A DNA stretch of 64,000 nucleotides, taken from NCBI GenBank assembly GCA_964404255.1, contig CAYOJJ010000006.1, positions 11,567 to 75,566 of the forward strand, read 5' to 3'. The translations under genes and the position numbers were made by a program. Shown here in pieces: positions 31,666-41,862 of the stretch. The notes below the pieces were generated by a model. The model had not been told where the DNA came from. It searched no databases and worked only from the letters and a program-made list of their open reading frames with translations. Every line of letters starts with the position of its first letter. Positions within the stretch are counted from its first letter, which is position 1. This DNA comes from an uncultured Alphaproteobacteria bacterium. Lineage in GTDB: Bacteria; Bacteroidota; Ignavibacteria; Palsa-1295.

Positions 31666-32430
31666 TCAAAGTTTCCCGAAGTAAATGTTAGTACAATAAT
31701 CGAACCGGACGAGGCCATTGACCTGATGCTCGGTAAAGATCCGGGTAAGCTCGTTCTTCATAGTTTTATATCGGTCGCCTTCAAGCGAGACATAGGAGGA
31801 AGAGAACGCCCGACCGAGCAGCCCTTCCAGAGTAAAATCCTGATGATTGGCAAGGGTTGCTTTTGAATACTTGCCGGCAAAAAGTATATCGATACGTTCG
31901 GCAATATTATTACCGACCCGGCTTACTTCTAAATAATCGGTGCCATAGGTTCTCAGAGCATTCTCATAAGCGCGAAGAAATGGTGTCGTGTCGAGTTCTC
32001 GGTCGTTCCAGATAAGCGCTACCCATCCGCCGGGCTTGAGTATCCGTGAGAATTCTTTGCGGCAATTTGCAGCATCGAACCAATGGAAGGCCTGTGCGCA
32101 GGTGATAAGATCGATACTCGCATCTGCAAGCGTGGTTGCTTCAGCTGAAGCATCGACACTGTGAAGATTTGGGAAAGCAGCGAGCATAGTCTCAGCCGCT
32201 TCACGCATTGGGCCGTTGGGTTCGATGGCATAGACTTCATTGCCATTCTTTACTAATAGCTCGGTAAAAATGCCGGTGCCGGAGCCGACATCGGCCACCA
32301 CCCATGATGAATTAAAGTCGATCTCTTGTGAAAGCAGCGGCAGTAATTCACTCGGGTAACCCGGGCGGTACTTAATGTAATTTTCTACGCGATCGGAAAA
32401 ACGCTGGGTGGAATTGAGGTCAGTGTTCAT
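31666..32430 (-). CDS. Class I SAM-dependent methyltransferase
   Basis: Motif I VADVGSGTGIFT. Confidence 0.75.
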   Translation of the reverse strand: MNTDLNSTQRFSDRVENYIKYRPGYPSELLPLLSQEIDFNSSWVVADVGSGTGIFTELLVKNGNEVYAIEPNGPMREAAETMLAAFPNLHSVDASAEATTLADASIDLITCAQAFHWFDAANCRKEFSRILKPGGWVALIWNDRELDTTPFLRAYENALRTYGTDYLEVSRVGNNIAERIDILFAGKYSKATLANHQDFTLEGLLGRAFSSSYVSLEGDRYKTMKNELTRIFTEHQVNGLVRFDYCTNIYFGKL

Positions 32431-32507
32431 GAGTAGAATATTCTAAAAAGAAAAAGACCTGCAAGCCGGGTAGCTTGCAGGTCTTTAGAATAATGCTTCA
32501 TAAGCGG

Positions 32508-33833
32508 TTATGCGGCGAGCGATTCATCGGCTGCATGCTCAACGATCGGGGTGGCCCGGCCTTCGACGCTATCTCGCGTAACCGTTACTTTCTCGAGCTT
32601 CATATCGTCCGGCATCGAGAACATCAGTTCGGTCAACACTTTTTCCATGATCGAACGCAGCGCTCTCGCACCGGTACCGCGGCGTTGAGCTTCATCGATC
32701 ACGGCTTCGAGGCCATCCTTGCGGAATTCCAGATCCACGCCTTCCATCGCAAAGAGCTTGCGGTATTGCTTAACAAGTGCATTCTTCGGCTCGGTAAGAA
32801 TCTGCATCAGCGCATCGCGGGATAACCCATTCAACGCAGCCAGTACCGGCAAGCGTCCGATAAGCTCAGGGATAAACCCAAACTTTAATAGATCTTCCTG
32901 CTCGACAAACTGATAAACGCTCAGGTTGCCCTCCGTGCCTTTGTCCGGGAAGTTGGCGCCGAACCCGATAGGGTTCTGGTGCAATCGTTTAAGTACGATC
33001 TTCTCTAAGCCATCGAACGCACCGCCAGCTATAAATAAGATGTGCTTGGTATTAATATAAATAAGCGGCTGCTCCGGATGCTTGCGGCCACCTTTCGGGG
33101 GGACGCCCGCTACCGTACCTTCGAGCAGTTTCAACAAGCCCTGCTGTACGCCTTCGCCCGAGACATCTCTTGTAATAGAAGCGCTATCGCTCTTGCGGGA
33201 AATTTTATCGACCTCATCGAGATAGACGATGCCGCGTTCGGCCTTGGAGACGTCGTAATCGGCGGCTTGTAGTAACGACGAGAGAATGGATTCCACATCG
33301 TCGCCTACATAACCTGCTTCCGTAAGCGTAGTGGCATCGGCCACTGCGAACGGCACATCGAGGATGCGTGCGAGGGTGCGGGCTAACAGCGTTTTGCCAG
33401 TACCCGTCGGGCCCATGAGCAGGATATTCGCCTTTTCGATCTCGGTATCTTCGAAACCCTCGACGCCCACGAGCGTTTCGGATTCGATCCGCTTGAAATG
33501 GTTATAGACGGCAACCGAAAGCACCTTCTTGGCTTCGTCCTGGCCGATGACATATTCATCGAGCGCTTTCTTGATGGTGCGCGGAGTGACGTGCTTGATG
33601 CCGGCTTTTCGGACATTGGCACGGGGGGTAAATTGCGGCAAATGCGCGCGAAGCAGCTCCACATTATTAGCGGAGCAGATATCGCAGATATACGCATCGC
33701 CATAAGGGGCGCTGATAAGCGTCGTGACTTCGGTAGCAGGCCGCAAACAGAACGAACAATGCGGCACCGGCGGCTCGGAGCCTCCGGAAGCACTCTGCTT
33801 CGCCCTGCGGGGTCGGTTCTTTTTCTCGTCCAT
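32508..33833 (-). CDS. clpX: ATP-dependent Clp protease ATP-binding subunit ClpX
   Basis: N-terminal C4 zinc finger (CSFC...CDIC), Walker A GPTGTGKT and the overall ClpX architecture. Confidence 0.9.
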   Translation of the reverse strand: MDEKKNRPRRAKQSASGGSEPPVPHCSFCLRPATEVTTLISAPYGDAYICDICSANNVELLRAHLPQFTPRANVRKAGIKHVTPRTIKKALDEYVIGQDEAKKVLSVAVYNHFKRIESETLVGVEGFEDTEIEKANILLMGPTGTGKTLLARTLARILDVPFAVADATTLTEAGYVGDDVESILSSLLQAADYDVSKAERGIVYLDEVDKISRKSDSASITRDVSGEGVQQGLLKLLEGTVAGVPPKGGRKHPEQPLIYINTKHILFIAGGAFDGLEKIVLKRLHQNPIGFGANFPDKGTEGNLSVYQFVEQEDLLKFGFIPELIGRLPVLAALNGLSRDALMQILTEPKNALVKQYRKLFAMEGVDLEFRKDGLEAVIDEAQRRGTGARALRSIMEKVLTELMFSMPDDMKLEKVTVTRDSVEGRATPIVEHAADESLAA

Positions 33834-33915
33834 ATCGGTAATTACAGGTACCTTAGATACCTATAACTATAAACATCCCGGCGTTCCGAGGGGTTGCGGG
33901 GGATAAGGGTAAGAA

Positions 33916-36900
33916 TCAGTTTTTTCGGTTGCTTAAAATGCTACGTTTGCCAGAAATCCAACTTAAAATAAACTCTTTTTGTACATCAGTTAAACTATAT
34001 TCGGGAAGTAAATCATTGTAGAATAAGGTGTCTTTTAAATCGCGTGCTCTTAGTATAGCTGTAAAAGGTCGAGCAATAGAGTTTTCAGATAATATTTGTT
34101 CAATATCGTAACGTCGACGCTTAGTAGATTTATTCTCTGCAATGGTCTCGTATAAAATTAAAAAACAGCATATCGCACCAAAAAGCCCGTCCTCTAAACG
34201 AGTAATATCTATTGATGAAGTAAAAGGCTCAACGCGTTTTTCTAAAAGAGGTGGGAATATATCTACAGAGTGGGGAGAAATTTTTGTTTGAAGAATAATG
34301 ACGCCAAAATCACGTAAAAAAGCATTAAATATTTTTGAATGATGAAAATACTCATTGTCTAACTCATTCAACCGGTCTACAATATATGATGTCATAACAG
34401 AGATAAAGTTTATGTATTGCATCCCAAACCCTAAGCTATTTCCTATTGATTCTGTTACGAATGAGATCCCATGATTGTTTATTGCAAAAGGAAGAGCAAT
34501 AAAATGGTATTTTGTCAATAGATTATAGGTGATAAATGGCGAGTCCTTACTGGTAGTGATCAAATAATCACGGTATTTAGCAAAATACATATCTAATTTT
34601 ACTTGCCAGAATTCAGAGCTTTCTTCATCCGATGTCAGATGATGAAATCTACGAGAAAGCACAATTAATAATTCAATAATCACAATTATTGTGTCTTTCT
34701 TATGAGTTCGTACACTTTTCTCTAATAAATCATCAATAAAATTAGAGAAGTTTTCCCTACAACTTATATCCATTCTTAAAATGGCCGCTATTAGTTGTTC
34801 GCTTTGGTTTATTGGTAGTTTGCCAGAAGAATTCTTTGGCTTATTAAGAATAACTTGCAGGCTTCTAATCAAAAAATAATATGCAGCATTTTGCTGAGCT
34901 AAATCTGGGAGCATGTATTGAAAAGACCTAAAGAGAAATATAATTGTATTCCAAGCTTTGTCTTCATGCAAGGTCTTAGAATAGGATATCAATAAAGTAC
35001 AGAACTTGTTGGCGGCAAATTCTATTTCCTTGCTTCGGATTTGAAAAGCAATTGATGCTACTACGTCCCATTCTTGATGAGCTATTTTAAGTTTTAAGGC
35101 GTCGAAAAGTTTTTGTGGAGTATCGTTCTTTCGAGTGAGATACACCGCTGTAAAATACTCTAGAAAGGTTGCATGCGTAAATAAATATAAATCTTCACCA
35201 GAAGCAGTTGTGCCTTGATCGCAGAAAATCCAAGCTCTTCCTGTGCAAAATTGGATTAATTCATTGGCAACTCTTTCTGCGGCATCTTGACTGCTTTGAT
35301 GAGCAGGGTAATAGTATCGGACGGCTTGTTGAATCAGCTGAGAAGTGGTAACGCCTTTTTTCTGAAAGTCTGTATTAGAGTAAATCCAATACGCCAAATT
35401 TGCTATAATAGGGCGTACTTGATCTTCATATCTAAAATTGACGGGTATGTTTCTTGATTTGTCCCAGTTTTCAAATAATAACTCCGTGCATTTCTTGTAG
35501 ACTTCAGGACGATTCCGAGGAATGTAATTGACTTCTCTATAAATATTGCACATGAGTCCTAACATTAGAGGGTTAGAGCACAAATCATTTACTGTTTCGC
35601 TTTCTTTTAAAAATGATTCAGACTTGAGAGTTTTTTCTGTCTCCGTTAAATCGTCCAGAATAGAGAACCACTTTTTTACATATGAATTAATATCTTCAGA
35701 ATCGAACTCTGAAAGTAAAAATTCTGAAAAAACCTTGCTATCCAACGGTGCTTCGCTGTATCCTATTCTTCTGGATGTGACGAGTACTGGAGTGTGGGGG
35801 TAATTGTTGCAAAATGATTCAACATCGGTTCTAATTTCTTTTCGCTCTGATGTAGCTAAAAGTTCATCTAGGCCATCAAAAATTACTATAGCTTTGCCAC
35901 TGCTCAACAAATATTCAAAAGTATTTTCGGGGCCTGTGTCGGTCATTTGATAACGACTTACAGCTTGAGACTTAATATGTTCAAGAATAGAGTAGCGTCT
36001 ATATTGTTTCCTGTCAGCGCTATATTCTCGGAGGACAACAAGAATAGGAATTCTGTGATTTCTCAGGGTACGAGTTGGATCAGTAGCAGCATATAATGCG
36101 CAGATTTTTTTTGAAAGCGTGGATTTTCCACCCCCGGGGTCACCTAGAATCACAGTGCGATGAATGTTTTCAAAAAACCGATGAAAATTGATTTTTGTAT
36201 TGTCTTTTATTCTTGATTCATGAAAAATTATTTTTGGTGTCACATACAAATCGTCTAGGCGTAATTTGCGGCTAACTTTCGCTTGGAATGGCTCAATTTC
36301 ATCACAACGAATTGCAACAGCCTGGGCATATTTTATAGCATAGGTTTCAATTTTTTTGAAAACAGTTGGATTGATGGTTTTTGAAAGTTTTGTGCACTCA
36401 AGAATTTTATCAAGTTTTTCTGCCAGAATTTTAAATTTAATATTATTTGAGGATTCCATCGCTAGTATATTGCCGTCTAAGATGGCGTCCTGTAAGATTA
36501 TTTCGATTGTCTTTAAAATAAGAGACCATAGCTCATTAGCAACTTTTTGATTGCCTTTCGAAGTGCCAAATTTTTCACTGAAATACTTTAAAAATAATTT
36601 TTTTATAGACCCCAGATTTTCTCTCTGCTCAAGTTTGGCAAGGTCCACAGTAATTATTGCTTGAAAAAGCGAATTGACTTCAGGGGTGTTGATAAATATT
36701 CCAATCTCTTCAATGCTTATGTCCCCTCCCTCTTTTGTTCTCAGTTCAATTAAATTAGTGACTTTAGTTACAATCGAAGATAGTCCTATTTCATGATCTT
36801 TGATCGACCTATGAAGATCTTCGCCGATATAAAATCGCTCCCAAACCTTTTTGGAGATTTTTGGTACCGCGCTTTTTAGGGCAGTAATAGCAATGCTTTG

Positions 36901-36999
36901 TACGATAGATAAAAGAGGAATTGGCATATGCGAAATTAAAAAGGGTGACAAATAAGAATGAATACTTTGGGAATTAAAAAACTTACATCCGCTCCACAC
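33916..36999 (-). CDS. NACHT-family STAND NTPase with uncharacterised N-terminal domain and long C-terminal helical region (putative defence protein)
   Basis: 1027-aa ORF with Walker A ILGDPGGGKSTL and Walker B IVIFDGLDEL (NACHT hhhhDGLDE). A/T-rich codon usage is clearly different from the flanking genes. Confidence 0.7.
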   Translation of the reverse strand: MWSGCKFFNSQSIHSYLSPFLISHMPIPLLSIVQSIAITALKSAVPKISKKVWERFYIGEDLHRSIKDHEIGLSSIVTKVTNLIELRTKEGGDISIEEIGIFINTPEVNSLFQAIITVDLAKLEQRENLGSIKKLFLKYFSEKFGTSKGNQKVANELWSLILKTIEIILQDAILDGNILAMESSNNIKFKILAEKLDKILECTKLSKTINPTVFKKIETYAIKYAQAVAIRCDEIEPFQAKVSRKLRLDDLYVTPKIIFHESRIKDNTKINFHRFFENIHRTVILGDPGGGKSTLSKKICALYAATDPTRTLRNHRIPILVVLREYSADRKQYRRYSILEHIKSQAVSRYQMTDTGPENTFEYLLSSGKAIVIFDGLDELLATSERKEIRTDVESFCNNYPHTPVLVTSRRIGYSEAPLDSKVFSEFLLSEFDSEDINSYVKKWFSILDDLTETEKTLKSESFLKESETVNDLCSNPLMLGLMCNIYREVNYIPRNRPEVYKKCTELLFENWDKSRNIPVNFRYEDQVRPIIANLAYWIYSNTDFQKKGVTTSQLIQQAVRYYYPAHQSSQDAAERVANELIQFCTGRAWIFCDQGTTASGEDLYLFTHATFLEYFTAVYLTRKNDTPQKLFDALKLKIAHQEWDVVASIAFQIRSKEIEFAANKFCTLLISYSKTLHEDKAWNTIIFLFRSFQYMLPDLAQQNAAYYFLIRSLQVILNKPKNSSGKLPINQSEQLIAAILRMDISCRENFSNFIDDLLEKSVRTHKKDTIIVIIELLIVLSRRFHHLTSDEESSEFWQVKLDMYFAKYRDYLITTSKDSPFITYNLLTKYHFIALPFAINNHGISFVTESIGNSLGFGMQYINFISVMTSYIVDRLNELDNEYFHHSKIFNAFLRDFGVIILQTKISPHSVDIFPPLLEKRVEPFTSSIDITRLEDGLFGAICCFLILYETIAENKSTKRRRYDIEQILSENSIARPFTAILRARDLKDTLFYNDLLPEYSLTDVQKEFILSWISGKRSILSNRKN

Positions 37000-37585
37000 A
37001 CATCTGGGCGAAGATGTGGTAGTTGCTTGGGATGCCGCCTACTTCATAGACTGATAGATAGACCTGGCCGTTGAGGTCTTTGCCTACCTGATGGCCGAGG
37101 CAGATCGTAGTGCGTTCTTTTACCGTATAGACTATATCGAAGAGGCTTGGCGTGGTATTCAGCGCTGTAGCCGGGCTGCCGACTGTAATATTATGCGATA
37201 AGGCGGTAGTATCGCTTTCGAATTGCTTTGGGTAGAGCAGGCAATAGCCGGGGTAGTTGTTGCTGTCGTTAGGGACGGGCGGCGCCATGGTAACCTGCGT
37301 GGTGACGAGCGAGTAGCCATTGATGTGGTAGGTACCGGGTTCGAGCGTAACAGAGCCGTCTTTTTCAAGTGTGATGTCCTTTCCTTCGCTTGACATAACG
37401 GTATCGAAGACTCTGCGATTGAGATTATCCTTCATGTGCCTGTTAGAATCTCGCGCAAATTCCGCAACGATAGCATAGGAGCGCGAATGCTCTTTCTTCT
37501 CGGAGCAGCCGGAAAGAACGATGGAAGAAGTAGCAATACTTAAAATAAAAAGAGCGAGGCTCGGAAAACGAACGGCGGTCGGCAT
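36983..37585 (-). CDS. Lipoprotein, hypothetical
   Basis: Lipoprotein signal ...IVLSGCSEKK. Confidence 0.5.
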   Translation of the reverse strand: MPTAVRFPSLALFILSIATSSIVLSGCSEKKEHSRSYAIVAEFARDSNRHMKDNLNRRVFDTVMSSEGKDITLEKDGSVTLEPGTYHINGYSLVTTQVTMAPPVPNDSNNYPGYCLLYPKQFESDTTALSHNITVGSPATALNTTPSLFDIVYTVKERTTICLGHQVGKDLNGQVYLSVYEVGGIPSNYHIFAQMCVERM

Positions 37586-37710
37586 GATGGTAATAGTGAT
37601 TGATGAATGATCTACAAAGATACAAAAAATATTTTGAGATAGGGCTAGCGGCAGGGCATAAATCTGCCCCTGTCGAAACGTTCGATTTTTCCATCGCGTA
37701 GGGTACTGCC

Positions 37711-38103
37711 ATGATTCGAATTCGTACTCAGGTTATTGTCTGGCTGCTGCTCTACTGCTTTTGGGTATGGGTGTCGATGGGGTTTCACCCAACCTTTGAG
37801 ATCGATCTCATCGTCACGGCGCTACTGACTATCTTTTATGCGGCGGCTATCTATATAAACGAGTTATTAGTCTTGCCGCGTCTGGCACCTCAACGAGTAA
37901 CCACATCCTCGATAGCTGCTCAGCTAATAGTACAGGTAGTGCTAACCTTTGCCGTTCTTGGCCTTATTCGCTTAACGTATTGGCAGCTCGGCTATGGCGA
38001 ATATCTTGGTGACTACTGGGAGCATTATTGTATCGACTTATTGGGAATGACGGTGCATGTGATTGCCGCGAGGATACTGGTCTCACAATTGCGAAAAGGC
38101 TAA
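37711..38103 (+). CDS. Hypothetical membrane protein
   Basis: 130 aa with four predicted TM helices. Confidence 0.4.
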   Translation: MIRIRTQVIVWLLLYCFWVWVSMGFHPTFEIDLIVTALLTIFYAAAIYINELLVLPRLAPQRVTTSSIAAQLIVQVVLTFAVLGLIRLTYWQLGYGEYLGDYWEHYCIDLLGMTVHVIAARILVSQLRKG

Positions 38104-38684
38104 TAAGCCTCTGGAAACGAAGGTAATTGTGGAATGAAGTGAATAGCTATAGCCAATTCAATAATAATACAAATAAGTGGACTTGCTATTACTACCATCT
38201 TAACAAACCTAAGGGGACGGATTTTGAAATATTCTATAAGTTGAGAAGTCGAGAGAAGCATAATGCATGAAGCAATTGCAAAGATAGCTGGGTGCACGGT
38301 ATACAAGGCCTGCGCATCATAGGCACGTCCAAGGTAATAATGGTAGGCAGAGTCGTTGTTAATAACCATAAATAATAGACTGACACCAAATAATATCCAA
38401 CTAATTGTCAGAAAGTACTGTCGTGAGAGCAGTGTTGTCGTTTTTGAAATTAGTAATGGGACTGTAAGAATAACTGCCGAAACTAAGGATACTATAATAT
38501 CTATATTCTTATAAAACCCCAAAGCATCGAATGCATATAGTATACCAAAGATAAAAAAGTATTGTAGAGGAAGAGATATAATAGCTCCAACTGCTCGCAT
38601 TCGGATGATAATAGAAAGTAGAAAGAGCAACAGTACCCTCATCAATTGTATTCGTATATTATTGGCTTCACTAAGCGGCACCAC
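38100..38684 (-). CDS. Hypothetical polytopic membrane protein
   Basis: 194 aa with 5-6 TM helices, convergent with the previous gene. Confidence 0.4.
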   Translation of the reverse strand: MVPLSEANNIRIQLMRVLLLFLLSIIIRMRAVGAIISLPLQYFFIFGILYAFDALGFYKNIDIIVSLVSAVILTVPLLISKTTTLLSRQYFLTISWILFGVSLLFMVINNDSAYHYYLGRAYDAQALYTVHPAIFAIASCIMLLSTSQLIEYFKIRPLRFVKMVVIASPLICIIIELAIAIHFIPQLPSFPEAY

Positions 38685-38685
38685 T

Positions 38686-39063
38686 ATGGCCTATAATGAA
38701 AGTCTTGCTTCACGAGTCCGCGATGCGCTTGCTTCGCGTAGCGATGTGGAAGAAAAGAAGATGATGGGCGGGCTCATCTTTATGGTCGATGGCAAGATGT
38801 GTCTCGGTGTGCTTGGCGATGAACTGATGATCCGTTATGATCCCGAGATGAAGGCTGCCTTGATGAAAGAGAAGGGCGTACGCGATACAATTTTTAACGA
38901 CAAGCCGACCAGAGGACTTCTCTTCGTAAGTTTGAAAAACCTGGATTCGGAAAAAGACTTCAAGCGCTGGATAAAATATGCGCTCGATTTTAACCCGAAA
39001 GCCACCGCCAGCAAAAAGAAACCGATCGCTAAGAAACCAACCAAAAAGAAATCAAGATCATGA
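38686..39063 (+). CDS. TfoX N-terminal-domain protein
   Basis: MAYNESLASRVRDAL...EKKMMGGLIFMVDGKM matches the TfoX_N domain, followed by a Lys-rich tail. The start is taken at the internal ATG. Confidence 0.55.
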   Translation: MAYNESLASRVRDALASRSDVEEKKMMGGLIFMVDGKMCLGVLGDELMIRYDPEMKAALMKEKGVRDTIFNDKPTRGLLFVSLKNLDSEKDFKRWIKYALDFNPKATASKKKPIAKKPTKKKSRS

Positions 39064-39554
39064 TAACTGTAACCGATACCTTACTCATCGATTTCAAGCG
39101 CGAAGCTGCTGGTACTAAGCGCTTGCTCGAACGCGTGCCCGAGGATAAATTTACGTGGAAGCCGCATGAAAAATCCACAGCACTCGGCCGGCTTTCGATG
39201 CACGTTTCAGAATTGCCCTGGTGGATCGATGACATCATCACCAAAGGCGAATATAATTTTGCCGACCATCCCTTTAAGCCGAACATCCCAACGACGCTTG
39301 CGCAGGTATTTGCTGAGTTCGAAGCGAAGTATAACCGAACGGTAGAATTGCTTTCCTCGACGAACGATGAAGAGCTTCAGAAACCATGGCGATTAAAATT
39401 AGGCGATAAAGTCATCTCCGAAATGCCGAAATGGGAAGCGATTCGTCAGGTACTAGATCATATTATTCATCATCGCGGCCAGTTAACGGTTTTCCTCCGT
39501 CTAAATAACGTGCCATTGCCGGGCTTATTTGGCCCGACTGCTGACGAACGTTAA
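39060..39554 (+). CDS. DinB/YfiT-family protein
   Basis: HHRGQLTVFLRL is a DinB_2 His-triad region. Confidence 0.65.
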   Translation: MITVTDTLLIDFKREAAGTKRLLERVPEDKFTWKPHEKSTALGRLSMHVSELPWWIDDIITKGEYNFADHPFKPNIPTTLAQVFAEFEAKYNRTVELLSSTNDEELQKPWRLKLGDKVISEMPKWEAIRQVLDHIIHHRGQLTVFLRLNNVPLPGLFGPTADER

Positions 39555-39572
39555 GTAGCTCGTCGATAACGA

Positions 39573-40133
39573 GTGAGGCCACCACGGGAATTACTTGCAT
39601 TACTTGCGCAGGGCGATCGCGAAGCCTTGGGATTGCTCTATGAGTTATTTAAGAATAAAGTTTATAATACTGCGCTCAGCTACCTCCACGATAGCTCGGA
39701 TGCTGAGGAAGTAACACAGGATGTTTTTATAGAGGTCTATCGCTCGGCGGCGAAGTTTGAAGCGCGTTCGGAAGTTAGTACCTGGATCTATAGAATAACG
39801 GTCAATAGATCGCTTGATAAACTCCGTCAGCGTGAGCGCACCAGACGCGGCGGCTTTTTTAAGCGGATGCTTCGCCTGGATTCCGAAGAAGTGAATACAC
39901 AAGCAACAGAATTTAACCACCCCGGCGTAGCACTCGAACAGCGCGAAGATTCACAGCTATTATTCAGCGCGCTCGATACCTTGCCCGATCAGCAAAAGAC
40001 CGCTTTCATCTTAAAGCATCTTGAAGGTCTCTCCCAAAAAGAAGGCGCCGAGATCATGAATATCACCGAAAAAGCCTTCGAATCGCTCTTGCAACGGGCA
40101 AAAACGAATTTGCGAAAAAAACTTTCCGAGTGA
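39573..40133 (+). CDS. RNA polymerase ECF-type sigma factor
   Basis: Sigma70 region 2 (YNTALSYLHDSSDAEEVTQDVFIEVY) and region 4. Confidence 0.8.
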   Translation: MRPPRELLALLAQGDREALGLLYELFKNKVYNTALSYLHDSSDAEEVTQDVFIEVYRSAAKFEARSEVSTWIYRITVNRSLDKLRQRERTRRGGFFKRMLRLDSEEVNTQATEFNHPGVALEQREDSQLLFSALDTLPDQQKTAFILKHLEGLSQKEGAEIMNITEKAFESLLQRAKTNLRKKLSE

Positions 40134-40176
40134 GCGAAGGAAATCTTACAGACCAACGTCAAAACCAATAGAAGCC

Positions 40177-40491
40177 ATGAACAAGCTAAGTAAAGAACGG
40201 GTAGAGCAGATCATCGCCAGCGCGGATAGCATCCAGCAGGCTGAGGCCCCGCCCTTTCTTTTGACAAGGATACAAGCACGGCTTGAAGCCGAACCACTGG
40301 GCGCCGTTGTACCACGCATAAAAGTTGGGTTAGTATTCGGTGCGGCGGCGCTACTGGTAGCCATGAATCTCGGTATCGTATTCAGTGGCGGCGCTTCAAA
40401 GCAAGCAGCTACAATCCAGCCACAGCAGACTTCGCAGAGCGAGAGCGGCGGATATATCGGGCTCAATAGTTACAACCTCGATCTCTACTAA
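40177..40491 (+). CDS. Putative membrane anti-sigma factor
   Basis: 104 aa with a single TM helix, located downstream of the ECF sigma gene. Confidence 0.4.
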   Translation: MNKLSKERVEQIIASADSIQQAEAPPFLLTRIQARLEAEPLGAVVPRIKVGLVFGAAALLVAMNLGIVFSGGASKQAATIQPQQTSQSESGGYIGLNSYNLDLY

Positions 40492-40492
40492 G

Positions 40493-41041
40493 ATGAAACG
40501 CGAAACGCTGTTAACGATCTCGGTTGTAATTCTGCTGCTGCTGAATATAGGGGTACTCTCGTATATGTTTCTCGAGCGGCAGAGTTGCCCACCGCCTCCG
40601 GGGCCAATGCCACCACCTCCGCCACCGGGAGCCATGATGCCACCGCCGATGCGACCGGATATGCTTATTCGGCAGACATTGAAATTGAGCGAAGAGCAGG
40701 ATAAAAAGTATGTCGCTTCTATTGAAGTGCATCATAGCGGCATGGTGCGTCTCGATAGTGAGTACCGCGTCGTTGCCGAAGAATATTTTAAGTTATTGCA
40801 AACGAAGAACAGCACTGCTGCTGCAACCGGCGATTCGCTCGTAAAAAAGCTCGGTGCTATTCAGGCTGAAAAAGCTTCGATTACGTACCGCCATCTCGAA
40901 GAGATCAAGGCGATGTGCAGCGCGGAGCAAGCCGCAAAGTTCGATACCATTATCCCCGAGATTGTTCGGATGCTCCTGATGCCTCCGAATCGGATGCCGC
41001 CGGATCATGGATTTCCCCCACCGCCACCCCGAAGGAAATAA
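40493..41041 (+). CDS. Periplasmic Spy/CpxP-like (LTxxQ-type) protein with Pro-rich segment
   Basis: Signal/TM segment, a PPPPGPMPPPPPPGAMMPPP stretch and a helical C-terminus. The start is taken at the internal ATG 40493. Confidence 0.4.
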   Translation: MKRETLLTISVVILLLLNIGVLSYMFLERQSCPPPPGPMPPPPPPGAMMPPPMRPDMLIRQTLKLSEEQDKKYVASIEVHHSGMVRLDSEYRVVAEEYFKLLQTKNSTAAATGDSLVKKLGAIQAEKASITYRHLEEIKAMCSAEQAAKFDTIIPEIVRMLLMPPNRMPPDHGFPPPPPRRK

Positions 41042-41064
41042 TTACTTTTACCGTCTAAAAGAAT

Positions 41065-41862
41065 ATGACAAGACAGTATACCCTTCGCGCCTTTCGCGGA
41101 CTGCTACTTTCGACTCTCGTTAGTCTTACCCTTGCTTCTTGCGGGAATTCAGATTCGACCTCAAGCGATACTTCTAATAACAACAATACTAATACCGGTA
41201 CAGGCGATTCGCTCGCTATCTATAAAAAGATCTACGGCGCAACCGATATGTATGCCGATGGCGATTATGTGGTAATTAAATCTAAAGGATTACCCGATCA
41301 TAAGAGCCCCTATTACAAGACGACGAAATGGGAGGACTCATTATATGAAGCCTATAATGGGACGAACACTTCCTTCATGCTGGCACCCGGTATTATCGCC
41401 GAACAAAACTATACGTTCCGTATCCCGCTTCACCCGGCAGTAAATACAACCCATAGCTCGACCCCGCTTGGGCCTATTGGTATTTCACTTAATGGTGTGC
41501 CGTTCTTCAATCAGTATGCGGGTAACCATCAGCCGCTTGGTTCGATGGAGTTAAATACGTTCGATCAGCAGAATGGACACCCGACGCCGATGAACTCTTA
41601 CCATTATCATGGAGAAGCCTTTTATCTAATGAAGACCAAAGGCAGCGATGCACTTATGGGCTTCTTGCTCGATGGCTTCCCAGTGTATGGCCCGGTGGAA
41701 AACGGTAAGGAAGTCTCTAACTCAGATCTTGATGCCTATCACGGGCATACCAGTGCAACGGCCGACTATCCGAATGGTATCTACCATTATCATACGACGC
41801 TCGCTGCACCATATATCAACGGAAGTGGCTTCTATGGTACGCCGGGAACGGTCACGCAATAG
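41065..41862 (+). CDS. Lipoprotein with YHYH motifs
   Basis: Lipoprotein signal ...LASCGN, and YHYHGEAF/YHYHTT motifs. Confidence 0.5.
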   Translation: MTRQYTLRAFRGLLLSTLVSLTLASCGNSDSTSSDTSNNNNTNTGTGDSLAIYKKIYGATDMYADGDYVVIKSKGLPDHKSPYYKTTKWEDSLYEAYNGTNTSFMLAPGIIAEQNYTFRIPLHPAVNTTHSSTPLGPIGISLNGVPFFNQYAGNHQPLGSMELNTFDQQNGHPTPMNSYHYHGEAFYLMKTKGSDALMGFLLDGFPVYGPVENGKEVSNSDLDAYHGHTSATADYPNGIYHYHTTLAAPYINGSGFYGTPGTVTQ

